Assembly (NCBI GenBank): GCA_951406725.2
Contig: OX597838.1
Coordinates: forward strand, 15,128,001 to 15,192,000
Source: Octopus vulgaris
Taxonomy: Eukaryota
Direction of reading: 5' to 3'
DNA: 64,000 nucleotides
Both the position numbers and the translations under genes were made by a program. How positions within the stretch are numbered: position 1 is the first letter of the stretch; every line of letters starts with the position of its first letter. This document shows, one piece after another, positions 13,397 through 28,273 of this stretch. Below the pieces are notes generated by a model. It was given only the letters and a program-made list of their open reading frames with translations. It did no database searches and was not told the origin of the DNA.

Positions 13397-13780
13397 CAGG
13401 TTCCCTCAACCACTTTTAACCTTTGGACCCCTTTGATTCCTATTTTATTCAGACGGACCCTCCTAGCTAATCGATGTTTAAAAACTCCTATTACATCATT
13501 TTTATAATTAAATATTATTAGGAATTGTATAAAAATAATTATTAAAATATTTCGTGTATTGTAGGAATGTATCCAGTTTATTGGACATGAATTTTAACAA
13601 CAAAATCTTATATGGAACCCCAACGGCCATATGGAACCCCAACGGCCATATGGAGAGACAAGGACTATATGGATTACCAAGGGCCATATGGAACCCGAAG
13701 GGCCATATGGAGCCCCAAGGACCATATGGAGAGACAAGGGCCATGAAAGGGCATGAAAGTCCAGCTGTTTTGGGGCTGTA
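13397..13780 (+). mobile_element. hAT (Charlie/Buster-like) non-autonomous element with internal 19-bp tandem repeats
   Basis: CAGGTTCCCTCAACC terminus and ggacccctttgattc shared with 48042-48361. ggccatatgga(a/g)cccc units at 13610-13745. The right end is not resolved. Confidence 0.55.
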
Positions 13781-14599
13781 TAGGAAATCATCAGGAAGTG
13801 AGTCTTTCTTGAGGAGTTCACTGCCGACGGAAACTGTGTGGAAGCCCGTCGTATATATACACATTCATACATACATATGTGTGCGCGCGTGCACATATGT
13901 GTGTTTGTTTTTATTTTCCACAATCCCTTGATAACAAGTGTTGGTTTGTTTGCGTCCCCCGAAAAGTCAACAGTTCAGCAAAAGAACCCAATAGAATGAG
14001 CACCGGACTTTAAAATACTAAGTACCAACTACCGGAGTCGATTCGTTCCACTAAACTCTTCAGGGCGATGCCCCAGCATGACCGCAATCCAGTAACTGAT
14101 ACAAGTGATATTGATGAAAGAGAATTCAGTCGAATTTTGTAAAAAGGTGAACCGAGTTATTACTTTGACCCTGAGTCGACAAGTTTTGAGTGAATGGGAA
14201 TTTGTATGTTGGCGCTAAAAATAACACAGTATGATGTTTTTATTCAGGAATATTATTCATTTGATGTTTTTGTTAAGCGATTCTTGTTAGTGTGAATGTC
14301 AGCGGGGAATATGCGTTCTACAGGCCACGGTGTATATGCGTTTGTGTGGATATACGCTTACATGCATGCATGTATTTGTACACGCACATACACACATATA
14401 TACACGGACACATTTATAGTTAAAAGATGTTTTTATAAGCATTAATCCGTGAACATTAAAGAAAATATGGACTCGTTCTGCGAGTATTAAGAGTCAGATA
14501 TTATTAAATATTAATTTTATTTTTAGTGACTTCGAAGTCACAGTCAATTCGGCTTTATGTGTATGTGTGTGTGTGAGTGTATATATATATATATATTAC

Positions 14600-14662
<63 letters not shown>

Positions 14663-14765
14663 ATCCAAAGATGAACAAAGAGAAAATACAACAACGTGAG
14701 GACGTGGAACAAGTGTAGTGTTATTGGACTCTCAGGAAAGGAAAAAGAAATACACACACACACAC

Positions 14766-14812
<47 letters not shown>

Positions 14813-14889
14813 TACATACATACATACATACATACATACATACATACATACATACATACATACATGTATATATATAACTGTACACATAC

Positions 14890-14928
<39 letters not shown>

Positions 14929-15059
14929 CAGATTAAAACCGAAAAGGTTGGTGCATCTCACCTTTTCTTGCCCCACTAATGTTTAGACATATACCAATAA
15001 GCGACTGATGATACAAGCCCTGACCTGGATGCACATATAGAGACAAATCTAAATGTCTT

Positions 15060-15963
15060 CTAAAGCAGAAAAGCGATACATCCACCGTCGTTTATGAAGC
15101 ACAAGTCTCAGCAAACCATGACTATGGTAAAATAGAGGTCAAACGTTATATCGGGACTGTCGAAGAAAAATTATTCGACCAGCCAACATCAAGCGGAGAA
15201 AAGATTGGGCTAGTGCGAAATGGTGGAGAGGCCACTCGCATTTTGGGACACTGTCATCTTCTCTGATGAGTCCAGATTCATTGTATTTCCTGACAGTAGT
15301 TGAATGTGGGTCTGAAGACTCTGTAATCAAGAATTTTATGTGAAACGATTGAAGCCAGCAATGAAAGGCGGCAGCTATTCTGCGATGGCCTGGGGAGCAA
15401 TTTGGAGCAGTGGTTGATCAGAACTGGTGGAGTGTGAAGGACACATAAACTAAGATAAATATGTGTCCACATTGCAGAAAGGACCCCTTCCAATATTCTC
15501 CACTTGTGAAATAATGATTGAAGAAAGTTCTTTATTTATGGAAGATGGGGCTCCTTGTCACACGGCTAAAATTACCTAAGATTTATTGGATGAGAATGGC
15601 ATTAAAAAGCTTCTATGGCCAAGCCAGTCACCAGATATGAACCCTATTGAACACCTCTGGGGCATAATGGACAAGACACTTCATAAGAAGAACAAGAAAA
15701 CATCTTCAAAGCCAGAAACATTGCTAGAAAACATCTTCAAAGCATGAAACTTGGCTTGAAATTCCACAAAAGAATATTCGTCATCTGATCAGTAACCTGC
15801 CTAATAAGGTAATAGGGTCCCTGCATTGAAAAATGCAAAGGGCATGTCTACTAAATATTAAATATCCAAGTTATAACAATTAATAAATAATTTGAATTTA
15901 TAATTTCAGATTTAAATAAATTTTAATGATTATAAAAATGTCTATTTACTTCTGTCATGTCTG
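15060..15963 (+). pseudogene. Tc1-family DD34E transposase relic with right terminus
   Basis: Manual translation gives FWDTVIFSDESRF, AMAWGAIW, FMEDGAPCHTAK...WPSQSPDMNPIEHLW (34 residues between D and E) and AKGMSTKY*. It has in-frame stops and ends CTG-TA at 15961-15965. Confidence 0.9.
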
Positions 15964-15971
15964 TATATATA

Positions 15972-16197
15972 TACGACGGGTTTCTTTTAGTTTCCGTCTA
16001 CCAAATCCATCCACAAGGCTTTGGTCGGCCCGAGACTATAGTAGAACACACTTGCCCGAGGTGCCACGCAGTGGGACTGAACCCGGAACCATGTGGTTGG
16101 AAAACAATAAGTCATGGGGTCGATTTGCTCGACTAAAGGCGGTGCTCCAGCATGGCTGCAGTCAAATGACTGAAACAAGTAAAAGAGTAAAAGAGTA
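15972..16197. mobile_element. Chimeric SINE A: minus-strand head joined to plus-strand tail
   Basis: 15972-16098 is the reverse-strand head/body. 16105-16197 is the forward 3' tail. Confidence 0.7.
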
Positions 16198-16336
16198 TAT
16201 CTTTAATTCAAAGTATTATTTCACCCCAAGAAAGAGAAAACGCAACGATCTTTTGTATATATGTATATATTATATATTTATGTATTAGAGCGTGCGCGTG
16301 AGTGTAGGTGTGTGTGTGTGTGTGTGAGTGTGTGTG

Positions 16337-16384
<48 letters not shown>

Positions 16385-17121
16385 ATAAATACCGATGTAA
16401 AGATTAAGCAGAGTTAAGTGCGTTTGTAAATATCATAAGGTGATTGATGCAATTATGATAATGGTTTCAATTCTGGCCCAAGACCGGAAGGTTCGGGGTC
16501 GGGAAAGTCGTTTACATCTTCCTCCAGTAATCAACTGTTTCTCAAGCTATCGACCTCGAAAGGCAAAGATGACCCTGGCGGAATTCGAACTCAGAACGTA
16601 AAGACGGACGAAATGCTGCTAAGCACTTCGTCCTGTGTGCTAACGGTTCAGCCTCTGTTTCACTATCACAATAATGTTTCCAAATTTTGACACAAGGCCA
16701 GCAATTTAGGAGCAGGAGCAGGAGCTAAATCGATTAAATCGACCCCCGATGTTCAGCTGCTACTCATTTTATCGATCCCGAAGGGACGAAAGACAAAGTC
16801 GATCCCGACGGCATTTGAATAAAGTGCAATTATGATAATGTAAATAAATATTCTAAATTGAGTATAGTGTTTGTTTTTATTCAGTTTGCCTTTCACCTCT
16901 TTCGGAATCGATAAAATAAGAACCGGTTGAGTACTGGGGGTCGATCTAATCGACTTAGCCCCCTACTCCGAAATTTTGGGCCTTGTACCAAAATTTGAAG
17001 CCAGTATTTCAGAGAACAGAATATCTTGGTGGGAATTACTTCATTCTGATGAAAATGGTGGTGAATGGCAACTGGATGGATCCTTAATGTTAAAACGCAT
17101 AAACGCAATGTGTGTGTGTGT

Positions 17122-17177
<56 letters not shown>

Positions 17178-17204
17178 TTGTGTGTTAGTGTTTGTGTGTG
17201 TGTG

Positions 17205-17246
<42 letters not shown>

Positions 17247-18462
17247 CTGTCTGTCTGTTTGTGCGTGTGTGTCTGTGCTTGCGTACGTATGTGCGTGTGT
17301 GAGTGTGTCTGCTTGTGTGCGTGTGGGAGAGAGTATCTGTACGTACGTGCAGGTGTGTGTGCGTGCGTGCGTGCGTGCGTGCGTACGTGTGCGTGTGTGT
17401 GTGTATGTGTGCCTGTCCGTCTGTCTGTCTGCGCGTGCGTGCGTATGTTTGTGTGCACGTGCGTGTGTCTGTGCGTACGTACGTGCGCGCGCGTGTGTAT
17501 GCGTGTAGGTCGAGTTGCTCGAGTTTGAAATATATGATAATCGAACGAAGAGTTACCTGAGACTGAATTATGTAAATAATAGTGGTCCAGTGACATTAAT
17601 ACCTGACGATTTGCTCCAGCAGCTAAACGAGTAACGAATGAATACAGCGTGCATAATTGGTTGTACTTAATTATCAACGTCTCTACCGGTTACTCGTGAC
17701 TTTATTGGTTTCGTGACAGTTTTATGTGTCGTAACAATAACGCTGACGCATTTCGACAGAAGATTTCAAAACTTAAAAATGTAACAAAATCCATGAGAAA
17801 TATGTCATTGGTTGTCAAGGCGAATCAAAGTGCGCAGTCTCACTTCGTTGAATACCTGTAATAGGTCTGTAGCGTAGATGGAGCCGGGGGGCAGGGACGG
17901 TCTTCTCCGGGTAGCATTTGTACGGTGGAGGAACTTTATGAGTTCAGCCCCATAGCATGGCACTTTGCGTAAGAGACTTCTTTTGTAGCACGGGTCGACT
18001 AATGCCCTGTGCGTGAATTCGTTAGACGGAAACTGAGTGGAAGTACCTCGTGTGTGTTATGGGACCCAGAGTGTAGGGTCAACCCGAGTAGCACACACTC
18101 TAGCTATGCCACCAGTATAGGTATGGCTCGCTTCTTTTTTCCACAGCATCACTATTAGTTAACTTTGATATTTTTTCTGAGCGATAAATCAAACATTAAA
18201 AGAAAAAGCACAAACCAAAAAAAAAACAGTGTTTTATGATTCGATCTCCATCAATAGAATAAGGAAATGGAAGTAATTGTGACTTATGTCAGTAGATTTG
18301 TCTGTTTGCGAAGCGAATTCTGACTTCTAAAGTTTATTTTATATCTTTTCTTCTATATCTGTTGCGTGTCCTTTGCCGAACCGCTAAGTTACGGGGACGT
18401 AAACACACCAGCATCGATTGTCAAGCGATGTTGGGGGGACAAACACAGACACACAAACATAT

Positions 18463-18527
<65 letters not shown>

Positions 18528-18711
18528 TACGACGGGCTTCTTTCAGTTTCCGTCTACTAAATCCACTCACAATGCTGATATCTTGGCATCTGAAGCAGCC
18601 AGAGACGCGATGGTTGGACCAAAAGAACCGGCTATTGCAAGCAAAAATAAATATTGAAAAGAATGCATTTGGCCAAATTTGGATATACGACAGTTTAACA
18701 TAATAGCAACG

Positions 18712-18765
<54 letters not shown>

Positions 18766-19037
18766 GTGTGTGACACTTTGTCGTTCAACGATGAATATCC
18801 TATCAACTTAGTTATCTCTTCCTGAATTAATGAGCAAATGGCTGAATATTCCACAGACATGTAGTTGTCTGTCTGTCCGTCTGTCCATGTGTCCGTTTGT
18901 CCATGTGTCCCTCTGTCTATTCGTCTGTCTGTGTACCTGTCTGTATTTTTGCATGTCTTTGTATCTATATTTGCTGTGTGTACATTTGTTTCCCGCTCCC
19001 CCCTTTTTTTATTTTGTACGGTGAAAGCGGCGGCGGC

Positions 19038-19475
19038 GGTGGCGGCGGTGGTGGTGGTAGTGGTAGTGGTTGTGGTGGTGGTTGTGGTGGTAGTGGTGGT
19101 GGTGGTGGTGGTGGTGGTGGTGGTGGTGGTGGTGGTGGTGGTGGTGGTGGTGGTGATGGTGGTGGTTGTGGTGGTTGTGGTGGTAGTGGTAGTTGTGGTG
19201 GTGGTGGTTGTGGTGGTGGTGGTGGTTGTGGTGGTGGTGGTGGTGGTGGTGGTGGTTGTGGTAGTGGTGGTGGTGGTGGTATTGGTGGTGGTGGTGGTTG
19301 TGGTAGTAGTGGTGGTGGTGGTGGTGGTGGTGGTTATGGTGGTAGTGGTGGTGGTGGTGGTGGTGGTGGTGATAGTGGTGGTGGTGGTGGTGGTGGCGGC
19401 GGTGGCGGTGGCGGTAGTGGTGATAGTGGTAGTGGTGGTGGTAGTGGTGGTGTTGGTGGTGGTGGTGGTGGTGGC
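19038..19475. repeat. (GGT)n-derived trinucleotide repeat
   Basis: Direct reading. A (GCA)n-like tract follows at 19610-19700. Confidence 0.95.
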
Positions 19476-20129
19476 CGTCGTCGTCGTCGTCATCGTCGTC
19501 ATTTCTTGGAGGGGGCAGTGTGAGGAATATTTTATGCCCTGCATACTTCGGATTGCCTTCTGTTGTAGATTGTGTCATCACTCACCATCACCAGTGTCAG
19601 CAGCACCAGTAAGAGCAACAGCAGCAACAGCGGCAGCAGCAGCAGCAGTAGCAGCAGCGGCCGCAGCAGCAGCAGTAGCGGCAACAACAACAACAGCAAC
19701 AAACACACACTGGGCTGTTCTTGGGAGTGGATTTGGTGTGAAATAGGAATAAATAGAATCAGAGGGAAAAGTGTGGGAATTCCTTTGTAGAAAGGACAGT
19801 CACGAAATAAAGGTAAAAGACGCAGCAGCAGCGGCGACAGTAACAAGAACAACAACAATAGCATAGAAATGACTCTATATGAACATGACACAGCAAGAAT
19901 GAAAGAGAAAAGACAAGAGACGGGGAACAAAAGAAACGAGCGAAGAGAGGAAGACAGAAAGGAAAGAAGGAAGGAAGGAAGGAAGAAAGTTCACTTGAGG
20001 CAGGCATAACTTCACATACGAGAGCAACTGAGGTGCATATAGGTGCGCACACGTAAGCACACACCAACTCGGTAGCTACACACACGTGCGTATGAAGACA
20101 GGCACAAAGGAAAAAGCATACATACACAC

Positions 20130-20281
<152 letters not shown>

Positions 20282-20539
20282 AAATGAGAAAGCTTTTTCG
20301 TTTTTATTTTTATTTCAATCTATATATCATTTTTATCTTCATTTTAATCAATATCTACCCGCTCAAAGAGAAACCACTTCTAGCCACCTTCGATAGGCAG
20401 TCTCAACACAGTTGCAGCTTAGCCAGAGTTTTAGCTGGAAAGCAAACTAGGCACTCATGATACATATCTATTACATTATGCCAGTCGACGAAAACTCTTT
20501 GTATACTCACTATCTCTCTCTCTCTCTCTCTCTATGTAT

Positions 20540-20622
<83 letters not shown>

Positions 20623-20625
<3 letters not shown>

Positions 20626-20850
20626 GCATACCTTGGCTTAAGTCGCTTCGATTTAAGTGGTTCTCGATTATACGTCGGTTTTCAAAAATAATATATAGAA
20701 AAATAAAGAGCAAGTTAATTCATTTTACCTGACTTTACGTCTGTCCGCCACAAATATTGGAATCGTAAAATCACTAGAAAACCGTTCAAGGAGCATAAAA
20801 CCATGTTACCATAAAATAAATACGAATAAAAGCATAAAGAATCAGATTAA
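20623..20850 (+). mobile_element. pogo/Tigger-like element left end
   Basis: TA-CAGGCATACCTTGG terminus resembling Tigger TIRs. No right TIR seen. Confidence 0.45.
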
Positions 20851-20854
20851 AGTG

Positions 20855-20916
20855 GATTATGAGTGGATTTGGTAGACGGAAACTGAGAGAAACCTGTTGT
20901 ATATTTGTATCTCTCC

Positions 20917-20976
<60 letters not shown>

Positions 20977-21310
20977 GTCCTTGTATTTGTCCCTGCTACC
21001 GCTTGAAAACCGGTGTTGGTTAGCTTATGTCTCTTTTGCCGAACCGCTAAGTTACGAGGACGTAAACACACCAGCATCGGTTGTCAAGCGATGTCGGCGG
21101 GACAAACAAAGACACAAAAAACATATACACACACATACATATATATATATATGACAAGCTTCTTTCAGTTTCCGTCTACCAAATCCACTCACAAGGCTTT
21201 GGTCGGCCCTAGGCTATAGTAGAAGACACTTGCCCAAGGTGCCACACAGTGGGACTGAACCCGGAACCATGTGGTTGGTAAGCAAGCTACTTACCACACA
21301 GCCACTCCTA
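20855..21310. mobile_element. Two SINE A segments joined in inverted orientation
   Basis: Forward body at 20855-21030, reverse body and head at 21030-21310. Confidence 0.75.
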
Positions 21311-21315
21311 CACCT

Positions 21316-21350
<35 letters not shown>

Positions 21351-22366
21351 TACATACATACATACATACATACATACATACATGCATACATACATACATA
21401 CATGCATACACACATACATGCATACATACACACACACATACATGCATACATACATACATACATGCATACATACATACATACATACATACACACATACATG
21501 CATACATACACACACACATACATGCATACATACATACATACATACATACATACATACATACATACATACATACATACATGCATACATACATACATACATA
21601 CATACATACATACATACATACATACATGCATACATACATACACGCACACACACGCGCGTACAAAGGAATAGGAATATTAAAATCCAAGACGAGCACGTGA
21701 CCTTACCCATTGCTGGCTCGGAACTACAATAGGCTGTTTACTGCTATATCCTGATGATTCTCTGTCCTATATTCTTTGCAGCGTGGAAGCTCTGAAGAGG
21801 ATGTGCTTATGCTGATTTTCTAGATCTATAATAATACCATTGTCGATTAAATATGAATCGATTAATACGCAGAATTAACGCATCATTGTATTACATAACA
21901 CTTGCTTACTGAAACGTACGTAAGCAAGTTATGAATTATAAATAACGAGTTAAAAATGCATAATTCTCCAATGTTCTTCCTGTGTTACATACATACGCAC
22001 ACACACACACTCACACACACACATGAAATAGAAGTGCATGCTTTAGTGGTTAAGATGTTGCACTGATTATCGTAAGATTGTGGTTTCGATTCCTGGACCG
22101 GATGATGCGTTGCTTTATGTTCTTGAGCAGAACATTATTTCCTTTCACATTGCTTCCAGTCCACTCACCTGACAATAATGTGTAATTCTCTAAGGAACTG
22201 GCGTCCTCTCTGGGGGGGGGGATATATATTAATCAGCCGAAATTGCGAGGATGATCCGGTTCTTGACTGAAGATTAGAGGCTTCGAATGACCCGTCCGTT
22301 TTTTGTGTCGTCTCTTTGAGTGTTTTGCGTTCTTGTCCCATTTTGTATTTTTATATATATTTTTTT

Positions 22367-22416
<50 letters not shown>

Positions 22417-22537
22417 TTAATAAGGGTGAGAGAATTAGATACTAATTTAATAGTATATCTATTCAACACCAAGTGGCCTAGTGCTCCGAGAAACCTTGAT
22501 TATTATAATATTTTATAATATATTATAATATTTTTAC

Positions 22538-22772
22538 AAAATAAATATAAGAGAGTGGTCACTATATGGCTCACTCTAGCACCAGTTAATCCAAAAGGTT
22601 TCAACCACAAAAATACATGTTTCCCATGAAAGTCAGTACGATTGTTAGCTCACACGTGTGAGCTAACAATCGTACTGACTTTCATGGGAAACATGTATTT
22701 TTGTGGTTGAAACCTTTTGGATTAACTGGTGCTAGAGTGAGCCATATAGTGACCACTCTCTTATATTTATTT

Positions 22773-22773
<1 letters not shown>
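22538..22773. repeat. Perfect spacer-less palindrome (118-bp arms) in a Penelope-like terminus within (TA)n
   Basis: Centre cacac|gtgtg at 22655/22656. The arms are exact reverse complements. Confidence 0.9.
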
Positions 22774-22811
<38 letters not shown>

Positions 22812-22814
<3 letters not shown>

Positions 22815-23945
22815 TTTTACTCGTTTCAGCCTTGCGGCCGTGGCCATACTGGAGGATCACCATGGTCTCTCTCTGACTTCCTCAGTCTCTCAGTCTGGGT
22901 GTTTCACATCACCACTCCTGTATGTGCCTTTGTCCCAACTGTTGATACATTTGGATATAAGGGAGTTCGATTCCGCTGCCCTCATCTCTACCTTATATCG
23001 GGCTGTTGTTTCATCCGGTATTGTGGAGAGATGGATGTCTTGTACCTTTCTGAAGACATCTACTTTCATCTTATGCAAATTTCCTAATTTTTATGGCAGG
23101 GCACTGAAGAGCTGTGGACCTTCGAACCCTAGGCTATTGCAGTACCTGGTCCTGAATTTAGGAGGAGTGGATAGTACCTTTGGTACAATTCAATGGCGGC
23201 CAGTTCCGGCATTTGTATAACACTCAATGCCAAAGTTAGGCACTTGCCCTTCTAGGATTTTCCATATGCATATTATTGCATATCTCCGTGGAGGCGCAAT
23301 GGCCCAGTGGTTAGGGCAGCGGACTCGCGGTCATAGGATCGCGGTTTCGAGACCCAGACCGGGCGTTGTGAGTGTTTATTGAGCGAAAACACCTAAAGCT
23401 CCACGAGGCTCCGGCAGGGGATGGTGGTGATCCCTGCTGTACTCTTTCACCACAACTTTCTCTCACTCTTACTTCCTGTTTCTGTTGTACCTGTATTTCA
23501 AAGGGCCGGCCTTGTCACTCTCTGTGTCACGCTGAATATCCCCGAGAACTACGTTAAGGGTACACGTGTCTGTGGAGTGCTCAGCTACTTACACGTTATT
23601 TTCACGAGCAGGCTGTTCCGTTGATTCGGATCAACCGGAATCTTCGTCGTCGTAACCGACGGAGTGCTTCCATCCATCCATTGCATATCTCTCACGCCTT
23701 CGCTCCCGGGAGTAAAGTTGTAGTTTTCTCAGCCTATCTCTGTAGCTCATCCGTTGCACTGTTTCAGTCTTTTTAATGTAGTGGCATTGGACTGCTTCAA
23801 GCTCTGCTATTAGTTTGGCACTATGTGGTGACCATAACTAGGAGCAGTAATCCAGGCGGCTGAAAACAAAGGTTCTCCTCAAGGTCAACATAGTTTCTTA
23901 GTCTCTTGTCTTGAAGGACCTCAGTATCCATTCTGCCAGTTGTCT
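22812..23945 (-). mobile_element. CR1-group LINE 3' fragment (ORF2 C-terminus plus 3' tail), interrupted by SINE C
   Basis: Minus-strand translation gives WILRSFKTRD...SRLDYCS*LWSP...ELEAVQ...LRKLQLYS..ERRRERYAII.IWKILEG...NSLGFEGPQLF...IPDE...RAAESNSL. The tail ends GCTGAAACGAGTAAAAGAA. Confidence 0.85.
23287..23679 (+). mobile_element. tRNA-derived SINE family C (tRNA-Arg-like head; octopus OR-type)
   Basis: GTGGAGGCGCAATGGCCCAGTGGTTAGGG head, 12-bp TSD attgcatatctc, CCAT-repeat tail. Confidence 0.9.
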
Positions 23946-24061
23946 GCACTTTGCTGCCATCTTGCTAATGTGCATATGAAATTATGCACCATTGCACATA
24001 CTGATCTCCAAATCTTTCACATATTTTATATTTACATATTTATATACACATATTTTGTGTC

Positions 24062-24129
<68 letters not shown>

Positions 24130-24478
24130 AATAAATGTTTTATATATAAAGAACGTGAAATACAGGAAGGGACAAACACGGAACACAGACAAATCAGACA
24201 AGTCAGACACCGAATCATCATAGCAAATTTCGGCTGTTCAATTCTGATATTTGCTCCAACTCGGCCAGCCCCAAGAAAAAAAACTAAGCTGTAAGCATTA
24301 GATTTCTTGGTAGAAGACAGGAATGTGAACGCACGAGACGGATGTAAATACGAGAGACGAAAACGAAATTGAAAACGGTAACGGTTAAACAAAATATAAT
24401 ATAACGGTGGTTGTCATACGACTTTAGACCAAATGAGACAAAAACAACAAACATAGCAGCAGGCGTAGAAATAATTAC

Positions 24479-24544
<66 letters not shown>

Positions 24545-24782
24545 TCTATACAGGGGCAAACAATTCGCGAGAAAAAGATATAATTCACGAAAATTAATTT
24601 GCTAAGATATTTTGTTATCATCCGGAATGACTATTTTTAAAAAAATGATAACAGAAACAATTGCAACGTGGAAGGTGTTTATAAGTCATTTAAGAAACAC
24701 ACAAAACCGTTAGATTCACTTCAACATTTAAATTTAATTTGTCAAAATATTTTCGTTGCTTTGAGACCGAAGGGGGTCACCA

Positions 24783-24816
<34 letters not shown>

Positions 24817-25032
24817 CTACAAAATTAGAAAATGGAGAACTCCATTTTCTAATTTTGTAGTATTAATTTACGGTAATATTATTACCTTTGCCCATATAAT
24901 ACAATAGATGAACTAATTGCTTGGCAATTTTTAACATCTATGTATTAGTCTTGTTGGGTACCTATCTAGCAGTATATTGGATATATGTTATCCCATGGTG
25001 GGTTGAATTTTTCAACCCCTATCTCATTTTAT

Positions 25033-25085
<53 letters not shown>

Positions 25086-25491
25086 TGGTGACCCCCTTCG
25101 GTCAGACACTGACCATGGGTTTGCACCTAATAAATAAAACATATGCATATATACATACATATATGTACGTACCTACCTCTACATGTATATATACATGCAT
25201 ATATGGGTACAGGACACTAAAAAAAACGTCGAACACAATAAGAAACGAAAACATAAACACAAAACCAAGGAACTGGACATTTTTCTTAAACAACGAAAAA
25301 ATAGAGTACAGGACAAATAACACAAGGAAAATTCCCTTTCTTCAGTCGCCATAGTTTCATCTACTCTGCGTTTCGAAGGTGAAGGCGATACGCATCTTCG
25401 ATTGAAACTTTCCTTCCCGCGAAAAGCAAATTAAATAAAATTTGAGATCTTTTTGCGGAGGGGTAAAAATGGTAACAAAAACAGGACAGTA

Positions 25492-25830
<339 letters not shown>

Positions 25831-26800
25831 TTATTATTATTTATTATATAAGTATGTATGCTCCTACCCCTATGTAACCTGCCTTCACCTATTGTACTTA
25901 AACATTCCAATCATCCCCCAACCTACCCCACACATCAAGTGCACTGCTTATTATTTCCAGCTACGCTTCTGACAAAAGCAGCATTAATTTCCTTAGGACG
26001 TTCAATTTACCTCAATGGATCAATAAACCAAATGAGTAAACCTATCAGTAATGTACGTATAATGACTAGCGGAAACAGCTGTAAGCCAGATTTGCTCCAA
26101 GAAAGGAATTATACGTATTGACCATTATTTTAAACTTGTTTCTTATCTATCACTTTGTAAAAAACCAGGTTATCTGAAGCCCAGCCACGAATTTACAATA
26201 ATTTTTAGCGGCATTTCATCTGCTTTTATCTCGTGAGTCCAAATTTCGCCGAGGTCGACTTTGCCTTTCATCCTTTCGGGATCGATAAAATAAGGACCAG
26301 TAAAACCACTGGGGTCGATGTAATCGATTATCCCCCTCCCTCAAATTCCAGGCTTTGTGCCCGCCGAGGTCGACTTTGTCTTTCATCCTTTCGGGATCGA
26401 TAGAATAAGAACCAGTAAAACCACTGGGGTCGATGTAATCGATTATCCCCCGTCTCCCAAATTCCAGGCCTTGAGCCTATAGTAGAAAGGATCTAATCGA
26501 CTTAACCCCTTCCACGAAACTAAAATCAATATTAAGACCGGGGATATAGTACTTTTGAGAAGCATTTAACTATTGGAGATAAGAATATATTTTATTAGTT
26601 TATTTTACCTTGATTTTATGTAATTAGGACCGTGTGCTGGCGTATGGTTCTTAAGGGGCTTTGTTGTTTATCAATTAATATTTCCACGCTTATAATTCAT
26701 TCCCATAATATTTGCAAAACGTATGGGAACAAACAAGGACACAAAGGCTGTTGACAGTGAATACGTATTTATGTCTGTGTGCATGTACACAAACACACAC

Positions 26801-26873
<73 letters not shown>

Positions 26874-26960
26874 ACAAAATGGGACAAGAATGCAAAACAT
26901 CCAGATAGACGATACAAAAAAAAAAAAAAACAAGGACGGGTCATTCGAAGCTTTCTGTCT

Positions 26961-27646
<686 letters not shown>

Positions 27647-27986
27647 TTCATATACAAACATGCACGCGCGCACATATATACATATACGCACGTCCCTATC
27701 CACACAAACGCTGTGTATTGCGTAGTGTCGCACCTACAAGAGATCAATCAATGAATGCTCAAACGAAAATATCGATTTAACGAAACAAATCATAAACACA
27801 CTGAGAAGCAGACATGATTTATTATTTCAACATCATCTGTTGACATGTGTCATACGATACGCTTCTGAAGGTATTATCAAGTGTGTGGTATTTACAGTGT
27901 GTGTGTGTCAATAAAAGTACATGAGGGTGTTCGATAAACATACACTGTTGGGCTTCGATACCTAACGGGATCACTTTACAGGGCTT

Positions 27987-28273
<287 letters not shown>

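Noticed and set aside
13610-13745. Possible CRISPR-like repeat-spacer array
   Set aside because: The units are 19 bp with no unique spacers, there are no cas genes, and the context is eukaryotic.
13554-13931. Collagen-like or repetitive ORF (GHMEPQGPYGE)
   Set aside because: It arises from a 19-bp DNA tandem repeat (not a multiple of 3) inside a hAT-like element.
15262-15272. CTGATGA hammerhead-like string
   Set aside because: It is part of the Tc1 FSDES codons and has no helix II or GAAA partner.
18567-19746. Poly-Thr, poly-Val, poly-Gly and poly-His ORFs resembling mucin or glycine-rich proteins
   Set aside because: All frames of one (GGT)n repeat are open, and no splice or domain evidence favours any of them.
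23287-23365. Possible tRNA genes at SINE heads (also 6790-6862, 25594, 41705, 57785)
   Set aside because: A/B boxes are present but there is no complete cloverleaf or acceptor stem. They continue into SINE bodies with TSDs.
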